Origin: Candidatus Saccharimonadota bacterium
Lineage (GTDB): Bacteria; Patescibacteriota; Saccharimonadia; Saccharimonadales; Saccharimonadaceae
Assembly (NCBI GenBank): GCA_030529385.1
Contig: JAUMWY010000001.1
Coordinates: 24,479-88,478, forward strand
Direction of reading: 5' to 3'
DNA length: 64,000 bases
Part shown: positions 7,973-19,901 of the stretch, one piece after another
Layout of the letters: every line of letters begins with the position of its first letter
How positions within the stretch are numbered: the first letter of the stretch is position 1
Made by a program: the position numbers and the translations under genes
Notes under the pieces: model-generated
Database searches by the model: none
What the model was told of the DNA's origin: nothing
Seen by the model: the letters and a program-made list of their open reading frames with translations, nothing else

Positions 7973-9427
7973 ATGGAACGACTAACGCTGCACGAGGATG
8001 GTAATGCTACAATGGAACACATGAAGATTGCAGAAGTGGACGGTGGGCATATGATGTATGATCGCTGTATTGTGGCGACGGATGCGGGGCCACGCTTTGC
8101 CAAAACATGGGCGCCGACGCCTGGTTGTGATGCTGAGCGTGCTGATCATTCGCGGCTGTATCTAGCCAAAGAAGCGGCCGTTTATCAGGCGCTCAGAGCG
8201 GCCGACTATCAGCACGTTCCGGATTGTCGCTATGACGAGGCATCTCACACCCTACTGCTAACAGCGCTGCGGCCAGAGGATGGCTGGCAGTGGCGGGCGC
8301 CGAAGGAACATGTGGCCGAGTACGTAGCGGCGGTGTTTGCGGCACTGGATGAGTTGCCGGAGATAGCGGCCGATCATCCAGCGATTCGGCCGTCGCACCA
8401 TACACTGCTGACCGAGGGCTGGGCTGGTCTGGCAGAGCGGCGAGAAATCATTGCCCAGCAATTAACGGCACTTTCACACCCTGCAGCCGCCACACTGCGA
8501 GAGGTTATCAGCGCGGATCGCTATATTACGGCGCGCCTGCAGGCCTTAGAGCCGCGGAGGCTGGCGCATCATGACTGCCGACAATCAAACATTGCTTGGC
8601 ATCCAGAGCATGGCGTACGGCTGGTGGATTGGAGTTGGGCGAGCGCTGGTCTGCCGGATGCTGACCATACGGCGCTGCTGATTGACCTCCATAAATACGG
8701 GCATGATGTGAGCGATTATCTGGCGCGTTTTAATCCGGATCACGCGCTGCTACTGATTGGGTTTTGGTTGACTCACAGTACTTATCCAGCCGGGCCAGAC
8801 CCGCGGGTGCGTCAGCAACAATTGGCTTCAAGTTTGGCGGCCTGTGAGTTATTGGAGCGAACTTCATCAGCAGTGGCGACGCTACGCCGCTTGCCTGATA
8901 GTAAGGGTAATTTTTGGCATGACGGGCCAAATTATACGGCTGATGCCATTGTCATCACAGCGGAAGCCACCCCGCGGATACTACTGATTCAGCGACAAGA
9001 CACTGGTCAGTGGGCCGTGCCGGGCGGCTTTATGGAAGCGAATGAGGACGGCGTGACGGCAGCGCAGCGAGAATTGCGTGAAGAAACTGGGTTGACTGCA
9101 CATTTATCATCACCACGCGTGGTCTATCAAGGGCCAGTTGATGATCCGCGTAGCACTCGTCAGGCATGGCCAGAGACCACGGCAGTGTTGTGGCGGGTTG
9201 CTGCATCGTTTGCAGTGCAAGGTGCTGATGACGCAATCAATGCGCAGTGGCTACCACTAACAGATGTGGACGGTTTAGATTTCTATGGCTCGCACCGCTG
9301 GCTTATTCAGCGCGCTTTGGCCATGGAGCGCGGCGACGAACCGCCTGCACCGTCCGTATGCCATGCCATTCCGGCAGCACAAAGCCCGACAAAATCAGTG
9401 CCAAAATCACCGCAAAGCCGCACATGA
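7973..9427 (+). CDS. APH/choline-kinase-like phosphotransferase fused to NUDT9-like Nudix hydrolase
   Basis: HHDCRQSNI and LVDWSWA kinase motifs; GPNYTADAIV, WAVPGGF, RELREETG, VDDPRSTRQAWPET Nudix motifs. Confidence 0.8.
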   Translation: MERLTLHEDGNATMEHMKIAEVDGGHMMYDRCIVATDAGPRFAKTWAPTPGCDAERADHSRLYLAKEAAVYQALRAADYQHVPDCRYDEASHTLLLTALRPEDGWQWRAPKEHVAEYVAAVFAALDELPEIAADHPAIRPSHHTLLTEGWAGLAERREIIAQQLTALSHPAAATLREVISADRYITARLQALEPRRLAHHDCRQSNIAWHPEHGVRLVDWSWASAGLPDADHTALLIDLHKYGHDVSDYLARFNPDHALLLIGFWLTHSTYPAGPDPRVRQQQLASSLAACELLERTSSAVATLRRLPDSKGNFWHDGPNYTADAIVITAEATPRILLIQRQDTGQWAVPGGFMEANEDGVTAAQRELREETGLTAHLSSPRVVYQGPVDDPRSTRQAWPETTAVLWRVAASFAVQGADDAINAQWLPLTDVDGLDFYGSHRWLIQRALAMERGDEPPAPSVCHAIPAAQSPTKSVPKSPQSRT

Positions 9428-10049
9428 TTGACGGAATGCCGGCAATTGTTGATGGATCGATAATATTCACCAGCGTGGTTGGCGCCATAAATGCCGCGTA
9501 GCCAGCAATCAGCGACCATAACGCCCGCTTGATTGACGGCGTTGCCTGCTGGCTCATCGCATAGGCGTAATATATACCCGCAAATAACAAACCATAGTAG
9601 TAAATACCATACCACAGACTGGTGCCGTGACCCTGCTCAAAAATCACATAATTACCGAGACACGCCCCGGCCGAAATGCCACCCGTCGCCAGTAGAAAAT
9701 ACGATACAAAGATGGCACCAAGGCCATACGCACCTAGTATCGGCCAGCGCCGCGTATCGCCAGTCATCCGGGCAATCAGATGGATACCTAGCGGAGGTAG
9801 CAACGTAATCGCCACATAGCCGAGTCGCGCCCAGCCTGCACTATCCAGCAGCGTCGTGCCTTCGCAAACATTATATTCCGCCAACTGAAAGGTCGCTAAA
9901 CACACCAGCAGCACCGCCGCCACGCGGGACACGGGATTCAGTTTATAGCGCCACAGGGTATGCACCGCCAATATTATTTCAATCGCAAATGTTGCAATCA
10001 TCACCGGTGGTGAGAAGCAACTAAGTCGTAGGTCTTTCATGTTTCGCAT
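9303..10049 (-). CDS. Multi-pass membrane protein (about 7 TM; resembles stand-alone 7TM sensor domains)
   Basis: Seven hydrophobic segments; TGCTATACT 6 nt before the ATG at 10049. Confidence 0.7.
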   Translation of the reverse strand: MRNMKDLRLSCFSPPVMIATFAIEIILAVHTLWRYKLNPVSRVAAVLLVCLATFQLAEYNVCEGTTLLDSAGWARLGYVAITLLPPLGIHLIARMTGDTRRWPILGAYGLGAIFVSYFLLATGGISAGACLGNYVIFEQGHGTSLWYGIYYYGLLFAGIYYAYAMSQQATPSIKRALWSLIAGYAAFMAPTTLVNIIDPSTIAGIPSIMCGFAVILALILSGFVLPEWHGIRTVQAVRRRAPWPKRAE

Positions 10050-10080
10050 AGGGAGAGTATAGCATACTCTTGCTGCGCAG

Positions 10081-10653
10081 TTAGCAACACTCAACAAACC
10101 ACCGAGCAAACGACTGCCAGTGCTGATATGCCTCAGGGTTAATTGATGCACCCTGTGATCGCTGCGCAAACTCTTCAGCAATTGTTAAATCATTCCCGTT
10201 ATTCATCACGACGACTTGATTCATTGACAGCCCATTGCCTCGAGGGGCCTCGATAATAACACCCGTCTGGTCATATGCAAATAATTCAACGCTGTTGCCA
10301 TCATAATATGCAACAACATCATGCAAAATAATGCGGCGATCCTGTCGTCCATCCATCAAGCGCAAGAAATCTTCTGCTGTCAGCCACTGGGCAATATCCT
10401 TCATATAGCCGCCCGGAAAGCCACTTAGCGCAGGAATTTCCCAGCTTGAGTCATTCACAACGAGCGGACAACCTAACGCTTCATACGCCGCCTTTACTTT
10501 ATGTTCCGTAATCTTGATTGGATTAGTATGCTGTATCTCGTCAATGCTGAGTGACACCGGGTTTATTACTATACCATATTGAGCAAGCACCGATGACGCT
10601 TCCTCAATTTTCCGCTGGTTACCTGTTGCGAATCGTACTGATCGCATCGCCAC
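10081..10653 (-). CDS. HAM1/RdgB-family non-canonical purine NTP pyrophosphatase (divergent)
   Basis: FATGNQRKIEE, DEIQ, VVNDSS, LSGFPGGYMK. Confidence 0.8.
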   Translation of the reverse strand: MAMRSVRFATGNQRKIEEASSVLAQYGIVINPVSLSIDEIQHTNPIKITEHKVKAAYEALGCPLVVNDSSWEIPALSGFPGGYMKDIAQWLTAEDFLRLMDGRQDRRIILHDVVAYYDGNSVELFAYDQTGVIIEAPRGNGLSMNQVVVMNNGNDLTIAEEFAQRSQGASINPEAYQHWQSFARWFVECC

Positions 10654-11212
10654 TCTTTCCTTTTATTAATGCAAGAAATGCGCCGACTTCTTCAATCGGC
10701 TTCAGTCGTAAATAAGTCGCCGTATTTTCCTCAGGTGACAGTTCGGCGCGCGTCCGACCACTGTAGCCATCCGGACAAAAAATCTTGTCCCAACCAAAGC
10801 CGCCATCGCCACGCGGCGACTGAGCAACGGCACCCGTCAACTCACCGCGAAATAGCCGCATCTCCTGGCCGTCGTAATATCCATACACGCACGCCGCCAC
10901 CGCCCGCCGATCGTCAAATTCATCGAGCATCCGACATAGCTTTTCCAATCCGCCATCAAGCTCAGTAAAAAACTTAATGAACGGACCTGGCAGCCCGCCT
11001 AGCGCCGCAAATCCAAGCGCCACATCTTCCACCAAAACCGGCTTTCCCACCAACTCATAGGCCTGGCGCGTTTTATGCTCAACAACCTCCTCAAGGCTCG
11101 TTGATTGGAGCTCCTCCAGTTCAAGCTTCCGATGCTCAATCGGCATAGCCAACAACTGCGCCAGATAGTCAGCCTTGTGTTGATTGCCCGTGATGAATAG
11201 CGGGAGTGTCAT
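10619..11212 (-). CDS. HAM1/ITPase-family non-canonical purine NTP pyrophosphatase
   Basis: FITGNQHK, EELQ, VLVEDVAL, LGGLPGPFIK, PRGDGGFGWDKIF. Confidence 0.88.
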   Translation of the reverse strand: MTLPLFITGNQHKADYLAQLLAMPIEHRKLELEELQSTSLEEVVEHKTRQAYELVGKPVLVEDVALGFAALGGLPGPFIKFFTELDGGLEKLCRMLDEFDDRRAVAACVYGYYDGQEMRLFRGELTGAVAQSPRGDGGFGWDKIFCPDGYSGRTRAELSPEENTATYLRLKPIEEVGAFLALIKGKSGDAISTIRNR

Positions 11213-11257
11213 ATACTGATTGTAGCAAGTCGCGCCATCATTTCAACCAAAAAACGA

Positions 11258-14417
<3,160 letters not shown>

Positions 14418-14423
14418 AACAGA

Positions 14424-15305
14424 TTACATTTTCGTGGCGTTCTGGCGCAACCTAGCGATACGCTCTTCAAGTGGCGGGTGCGTACTGAACATTTTGGCAA
14501 AAAAACCAGCCTTCAAGGGGTTGCTTAAAAATAAATTAGCCGTTGCCGAACTCTGGGTCTGCATTGGCCGGCCATAATGCAGCAATTTCTCCAGTGCACT
14601 GGCCATACCTTCAGTATCGCGCGTCAACAATACACCCGATGCATCGGCCAGGTATTCACGCTGACGACTAACGGCAAGCTGAGTAATCGTCGCTAGAATT
14701 GGCGCTAAAATTACCACGATAATCCCAAACACGAAAACAATTGGATGCACATTACGATCGCGGTCATTGCCACTAAAGAGCATCATCCGCAGCACCACAT
14801 CAGCCAACACGCCAATCGCACTCACCAGCCCAAACGCAATCATACTGACACGAATATCGTAATTACGCACATGGCTCATCTCATGCGCCATCACCGCCTC
14901 AAGCTCGCGCTTATCCATAATCTGCAGTAGCCCGGTCGTCGCGCCAACAATCGCATGCTGCGGATCACGACCGGTTGCAAACGCGTTTGGCGCTGGATCG
15001 TCAATCAAATAGACTTTTGGCATTGGCATGCCCGAGGTGATCGCCAAATTCTCCACAATCCGCCACAGCTCTGGCGCGTCTTTTTTCTCAATCTGCACCG
15101 CGCCGGTCATTGCCATCGCCAATTTGCCAGCAATAAAATACTGCAGCCAAGCATACAGCAGCGCCCCGCCAATCACCACCAGCGACACCTGATAGCTGCC
15201 CGTGAATAGAAAACTCATAATTAAGCCAATAACACTAATCAGCGCCACAAACACCGCCATAATCAGTAAGGTATTTTGTTTATTCTTTGCAATCGCTCCG
15301 TACAT
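14424..15305 (-). CDS. htpX: Zinc metalloprotease HtpX (M48)
   Basis: PNAFATG, AHEMSH, SRQREYLAD, STHPPLEERI. Confidence 0.93.
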   Translation of the reverse strand: MYGAIAKNKQNTLLIMAVFVALISVIGLIMSFLFTGSYQVSLVVIGGALLYAWLQYFIAGKLAMAMTGAVQIEKKDAPELWRIVENLAITSGMPMPKVYLIDDPAPNAFATGRDPQHAIVGATTGLLQIMDKRELEAVMAHEMSHVRNYDIRVSMIAFGLVSAIGVLADVVLRMMLFSGNDRDRNVHPIVFVFGIIVVILAPILATITQLAVSRQREYLADASGVLLTRDTEGMASALEKLLHYGRPMQTQSSATANLFLSNPLKAGFFAKMFSTHPPLEERIARLRQNATKM

Positions 15306-15355
15306 ATCCTTTATTATACCACGCGCGATATCGTTTTTATGCCCCTTTCCGCAAT

Positions 15356-15385
15356 GAAAAACCGCCCATCAACAGATGAGCGGCT
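15356..15385 (-). terminator. Intrinsic terminator after lemA
   Basis: Minus strand ccgctcatc-tgtt-gatgggcgg followed by TTTTT. Confidence 0.7.
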
Positions 15386-15418
15386 ACATATATTTAATAA
15401 GTAACTATGCGCTTTCCA

Positions 15419-15988
15419 TTAGAATTGTACCTCAACCGGATTTTCAACGCTAGCGCGGTCCTCAACCTCAAAGAATTCCTTCTTCGTGAAGCTAAACATA
15501 CCGGCAACGATATTTGACGGGAAGGTGTCAATCTTAATGTTTAAATCACGCACGCCACCGTTATAGAAACGACGAGCCGCCTGAATCTTGTCCTCAGTGT
15601 CCACCAACTCTTGCTGTAGGTGCAAGAAGTTTTGGTTGGCCTTCAGGTCTGGATACGCCTCAGCCACTGCAAAGAGACTCTTCAATGCGCCCTGCAGCAT
15701 ATTTTCCGCCTCGGCCGTCTCAGTAACACCTTGCGCATCCATCATCGCCGAGCGCGCTTCAGTCACCTTCTCAAAGACTTCTTTTTCGTGCGTTGCGTAG
15801 CCCTTCACTGAATTGACCAAATTTGGAATCAAATCGGTGCGGCGCTTGAGCTGTACGGTAATATCGCTCCATGCCTCCTCAACACGCGTGCGCAGAGCAA
15901 CAAGACCGTTATATGTCGCGATAAGGAACGCAATAATGATAAATAGCACCACGCCGATAACGATAAGTGCAATAGCCCATCCTGGCAT
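15419..15988 (-). CDS. lemA: LemA family protein
   Basis: [36 protein letters not shown]. Confidence 0.95.
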   Translation of the reverse strand: MPGWAIALIVIGVVLFIIIAFLIATYNGLVALRTRVEEAWSDITVQLKRRTDLIPNLVNSVKGYATHEKEVFEKVTEARSAMMDAQGVTETAEAENMLQGALKSLFAVAEAYPDLKANQNFLHLQQELVDTEDKIQAARRFYNGGVRDLNIKIDTFPSNIVAGMFSFTKKEFFEVEDRASVENPVEVQF

Positions 15989-16051
15989 ATTTTTCTCCTT
16001 TTCTTAAGCTGCTTACGGCTAGTATAGCATGAACGAGCTGTTCAGCATACT

Positions 16052-16137
16052 TGGTGCGCAAGGCGGGAATCGAACCCGCACGACTTTTGGTCAAGGGATT
16101 TTAAGTCCCTCGCGTCTACCAATTCCGCCACTCGCGC
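16052..16137 (-). tRNA. tRNA-Leu(TAA)
   Basis: GCGCGAGTGGCGGAATTGGTAGACG...GGGACTTAAAATCCC...GGTTCGATTCCC...CACCA with long variable arm. Confidence 0.95.
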
Positions 16138-16160
16138 CTGACTTGTATTATACTATATTT

Positions 16161-16751
16161 ATGAAGCAAATTGTACTAGTTCACGGCGGCAATAGTTATA
16201 AAGATCATGCGACATACCGCGCTGATTTGGAGGCGCTAGAAATGGACTATCAACGGCTCTTGCCCAAAAAGCGCTGGAGCGATGCCATCATTGCAGCCTT
16301 TCCTGATGCTGATATTTTACTGCCAACCATGCCGAATAGTGCCAATGCGCAGTTTGACGAATGGGTAATTTGGTTTGAAAAAATGATACCGTTTTTTAAA
16401 GATGATGTCAGGCTGATTGGCCACTCACTGGGAGCGATGTTTTTAGCAAAATATTTACACGAACGACCATTGGCACACCCAGTACGCCAACTACACCTTA
16501 TCGCCGGCGGCTATGATAACCCTGATCACGATTATGGTAGTTTTATGATTGAAAGCGCAACCGGACTTGAGCAGAGCGCCGCCGAAATTCACCTCTATCA
16601 TAGTCAGGATGATCCAATCGTGCCATTTACTGAACTCACCAAGTTTCAGGCTGATTTACCAACAGCCAAAAGTCATATTTTTACCGACCGTAACCACTTC
16701 TTTCAGCCGACCTTTCCTGAGCTACAGGCCCTGCTCGCAAAAGAAAAATAG
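16161..16751 (+). CDS. Alpha/beta hydrolase, YdeN/RBBP9 family
   Basis: LVHG, GHSLG nucleophile elbow, HSQDDPIVP, catalytic His in RNHF; start moved downstream of the tRNA. Confidence 0.88.
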   Translation: MKQIVLVHGGNSYKDHATYRADLEALEMDYQRLLPKKRWSDAIIAAFPDADILLPTMPNSANAQFDEWVIWFEKMIPFFKDDVRLIGHSLGAMFLAKYLHERPLAHPVRQLHLIAGGYDNPDHDYGSFMIESATGLEQSAAEIHLYHSQDDPIVPFTELTKFQADLPTAKSHIFTDRNHFFQPTFPELQALLAKEK

Positions 16752-16771
16752 CCCCGCTCTGGGACTATATT
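16745..16771. terminator. Probable bidirectional terminator between hydrolase and tRNA-Cys
   Basis: atagcccc / gggactat stem flanked by A- and T-rich tracts. Confidence 0.5.
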
Positions 16772-16845
16772 TGGAGGCACGTACGAGAGTCGAACTCGTC
16801 TAAAAGGTTTTGCAGACCTCTGCGTAACCGCTCCGCCAACGCGCC
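16772..16845 (-). tRNA. tRNA-Cys(GCA)
   Basis: GGCGCGTTGGCGGAGCGGTTACGC-AGAGGTCTGCAAAACCTT...GAGTTCGACTCTC...CTCCA. Confidence 0.95.
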
Positions 16846-16854
16846 GTTTTCTTT

Positions 16855-16941
16855 TGGTGCGAGCGAGAAGACTTGAACTTCCACGAACCTAGGTTCACTA
16901 GCCCCTCAAGCTAGCGCGTCTACCAATTCCGCCACGCCCGC
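16855..16941 (-). tRNA. tRNA-Leu(GAG)
   Basis: GCGGGCGTGGCGGAATTGGTAGACG-CGCTAGCTTGAGGGGCTAG...AAGTTCAAGTCTT...CACCA. Confidence 0.95.
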
Positions 16942-17031
16942 ATACCATGTATGTACTCTGCGCCATGCGTCTACGCCCAATTGCGCCCACGCACGTTTGC
17001 CACAATCGCACACCCTTCTATTATAGCCAGC

Positions 17032-18822
17032 CTACGGTGTTTTGTAAACAGATGATTCGCGTACCGACCAATATAACACACTCGCGTAGCGGTCAGCCGG
17101 CGAAACCAGACGCTGCGACTGCGGCATTGCCCGAACCGACGGTAAATACGTGTACTTCATATATGGCTGGTAGAGCGGCAAAGCCGGCGCATCAGCCTGC
17201 CAGTGTCGCACAAACGTCTGATACTTTTCATCGCGCAGCCGCGTCGAGCGCTTTGCTCGGCCGCCGCTTAACGCATCATCAGCCACCGCACTATTATAAT
17301 TTGCAAAATTCAAACCACGCTCGTTCGCCTGTGATGAATGCCAATACGCATAACTGTCTGGATCGCCGCCAAGCGCCAAGTCATATATCAGCACATCAAA
17401 CTGACGCGGCCGCAACACTGTTTGCAGCACATCTTGCGTCGTATCCGTCGGGTCAATCACCCGCACCTCTGTTGCCACACCGAGCTCAGTCTTCCAAATG
17501 AGCGCCAATTGCTTGGCCATTTCTTCATGCAGCGGATTTTTCAGCGTCACCATGCGCAATTTGAGCGGCGCGCCATCTTTTTGCCGCTCGCCATTAACCA
17601 TATTCCATCCCGCCTCATCAAGCAAAGCCTTTGCTTTGGCAATATCATCGGCCAGCAACGACGGCAGCGGTTTTTGCAGCTGCGAAGCGAGAATTGGCCC
17701 GTCCAACCGTCCGCTCTGAATTGGCAACTTCTGACGCAACACTCCTTGATTGACGCCGCGAGATAATGCCTGACGCAGTTGACGCGACTGTAGCGGACTG
17801 TTCGCGCTGTTATTAAACAAGGCGTAGACGCCATGATTCAGACTGTGTGATTGATGCGTATAGCGCTCTTGCTGCTGGCCATGCAGTAGCTCCGGCGTGG
17901 CAATAATTTCATTGATCGCCAGACCCCGGGTAATATCATCAGGCGACGCATAGGCGTAGAGATGAAACCGCTCCAGTTTTGGCGCGCCGTGATGATACGG
18001 CTGATTTGCCACCATATGGACAATTTTCTTGGTGCCCAGTGCGTTGGCGCTATTTTGCACCAGCTTGAGGGTAAATGGACCACTGGTAGTCGGCGCAGTA
18101 CTGTACTGATGCTCGCGTAGTTCAGCCGGATTTACGCCGCCAAGGGCTTTTTGTGACACCACGGGAAAAGTCAACGCATGCATAAACGGCGCGTAGGCTG
18201 CTGGTAGCTCAAATTGCACCGTCCAATCATTCAGCGCCATCACCTTTCGCACCGACTGCCAGCCAGCTATCTCACTACGAGCCGCTGGATTACGCAAGAG
18301 ATTCGCCGTAAACGCCACGTCATGCGCCGTCAGCGGCGTACCGTCAGACCACTTGACATCTTGACGCAGCGACACCGTATACGTCTTTTCATCGTCGCTG
18401 ACCTTCACGCTGCTCGCGATATCGCCCTTAAGATTGCCTGTCGTATCGTAGTGATATAAGCTAGCAAACAACAGCCGCGCCGCTGACTTTTCGGCATTTG
18501 ACCGCGCATAGAGCGGATTGAGCGTCTCTAGTGGCCCAAGCACCCCTTCAGTATACGTCCCGCCATCCGCCGGTGCTGACTGCATAAACGCATCGCGAAA
18601 CAGCGTCCACTGCGCCAAGCTCATCAGCATCAATATCATAACCAGCGCCAGCCAGCCAAAAATCTGCCGCCGCACCTGCACTAGACGATTCAGCCGATTA
18701 GTCACAAACCGGTGCGCATGTCGCATCGTTCCCTTTTCAAGCTTCTTCGCCCGCCTGGCAAGCACTTTTTTTGACAGCTTCAGTTTCTGAAACCGCCGCC
18801 ATGATGGTCGTTTCGTCTCCAA
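17032..18822 (-). CDS. Peptide/nickel ABC transporter substrate-binding protein (family 5), TM-anchored
   Basis: GGTYTEG, LNPLY, KWSDGTPLTAHDV.FT, GPF, YWHSSQ, LNFANY motifs. Confidence 0.88.
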   Translation of the reverse strand: METKRPSWRRFQKLKLSKKVLARRAKKLEKGTMRHAHRFVTNRLNRLVQVRRQIFGWLALVMILMLMSLAQWTLFRDAFMQSAPADGGTYTEGVLGPLETLNPLYARSNAEKSAARLLFASLYHYDTTGNLKGDIASSVKVSDDEKTYTVSLRQDVKWSDGTPLTAHDVAFTANLLRNPAARSEIAGWQSVRKVMALNDWTVQFELPAAYAPFMHALTFPVVSQKALGGVNPAELREHQYSTAPTTSGPFTLKLVQNSANALGTKKIVHMVANQPYHHGAPKLERFHLYAYASPDDITRGLAINEIIATPELLHGQQQERYTHQSHSLNHGVYALFNNSANSPLQSRQLRQALSRGVNQGVLRQKLPIQSGRLDGPILASQLQKPLPSLLADDIAKAKALLDEAGWNMVNGERQKDGAPLKLRMVTLKNPLHEEMAKQLALIWKTELGVATEVRVIDPTDTTQDVLQTVLRPRQFDVLIYDLALGGDPDSYAYWHSSQANERGLNFANYNSAVADDALSGGRAKRSTRLRDEKYQTFVRHWQADAPALPLYQPYMKYTYLPSVRAMPQSQRLVSPADRYASVLYWSVRESSVYKTP

Positions 18823-18831
18823 AACCGCTCC

Positions 18832-19068
18832 TTAAGCACCGACTGCCGGCAGTACCATGCCCGCCAGGATTGATAGCACAAAAATCACCGCCAAAATAAT
18901 AGTGACATCAAACAAATTCTTGTCAAAACCGCGCCGCGTGGTGAAGAGTTCGCCCGAAGCACCGAACCCTGCGCCTAGGCTAGCGCCACGTTGCTGCAGC
19001 AGGATGGCGATCATCATCAGCAGCGCTGAGCCAAGTGTAATGTATGGTAAAAGTGTCTGTAGTGACAT
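18832..19068 (-). CDS. secG: Preprotein translocase subunit SecG
   Basis: ILLQQRGASLGAGFG, TRRG, two TM helices. Confidence 0.9.
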   Translation of the reverse strand: MSLQTLLPYITLGSALLMMIAILLQQRGASLGAGFGASGELFTTRRGFDKNLFDVTIILAVIFVLSILAGMVLPAVGA

Positions 19069-19078
19069 AATTATCTCC

Positions 19079-19462
19079 TTATCGTTGCGGCGCGGCCTTT
19101 AAATCAAGTGCGCTACTTACTATATAGTTTACCAAACTCAGAATAATTCCAGCAAGGATTGAGGCGCCAAAAGTCATTGACAACCCCGGTGCCAGCGCCA
19201 GCGACAAATAGACCATCAGCCCGTTCACTACTAGCGTAAATAACCCCAGCGTCAACAAAATCGCCGGCAACGACAAAATAACCACAATTGGCTTCAATAC
19301 AGAGTTAACCACTGAAAAAATCAATCCTGCCACCACAAACGTCATCACAGCAGCGGTATTAGTAATACCCCCGTGATAGTGTCCCAAAATACTAATAGCC
19401 ACCCAAATGCCTACCGAATTAAGCATCCAGCGCACCACAAACACTGCAAATTGTTGCCTCAT
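19079..19462 (-). CDS. Four-TM YvlD-like (phage holin family 4-2) membrane protein
   Basis: N..LKP....LSLP..LLTLGLF.LVVNG motif. Confidence 0.85.
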   Translation of the reverse strand: MRQQFAVFVVRWMLNSVGIWVAISILGHYHGGITNTAAVMTFVVAGLIFSVVNSVLKPIVVILSLPAILLTLGLFTLVVNGLMVYLSLALAPGLSMTFGASILAGIILSLVNYIVSSALDLKAAPQR

Positions 19463-19494
19463 ATTACTCCTAGTATACCATATCCGTTACGTAA

Positions 19495-19878
19495 TTAATC
19501 ACAGCCGCCAGTTTGGATTTTATTACTGCTGCTTCGGATGTGAAATTTTAAACCAGGCGCATTGCTCGTACCCTCAAGGCAGAAATTATGGCCTGAGTTT
19601 TGGATATACACCTTGATGTTGGCCGAATGGCTTTTGAATGAGCTTGGCAGGGCGCTGCTACAGGGCTGGCTAGAAGAGCATGATGACGACCCAGGATAGA
19701 CACCTTTGAAGTTTTTTTCCTGCTCCATAGCGGTTGCAGCGGCCGACAGATCAGCATGGATGGCGTCAGTTACTGCCTTTTCATTCCATTTGTCATAACC
19801 AACCACAGCGATTGCGGCCACAATAACGATGGCGGCAATCACCACCATAAGCTCAATAATCGTAAAACCGCGCTTCAT
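19495..19878 (-). CDS. Type IV pilin-like protein
   Basis: MKRGFTIIELMVVIA prepilin cleavage/methylation motif; C-terminal Cys pairs. Confidence 0.9.
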   Translation of the reverse strand: MKRGFTIIELMVVIAAIVIVAAIAVVGYDKWNEKAVTDAIHADLSAAATAMEQEKNFKGVYPGSSSCSSSQPCSSALPSSFKSHSANIKVYIQNSGHNFCLEGTSNAPGLKFHIRSSSNKIQTGGCD

Positions 19879-19901
19879 AGCTCCAGTGTAGCATAAGCGG
19901 C

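Noticed and set aside
16029-16160. N-terminal extension of the alpha/beta hydrolase in the ORF track
   Set aside because: Overlaps tRNA-Leu(TAA); the family-typical start MKQIVLVHG is at 16161
19079-19462. Holin-family gene as evidence of a prophage
   Set aside because: YvlD-like proteins are common chromosomal genes; no phage genes nearby
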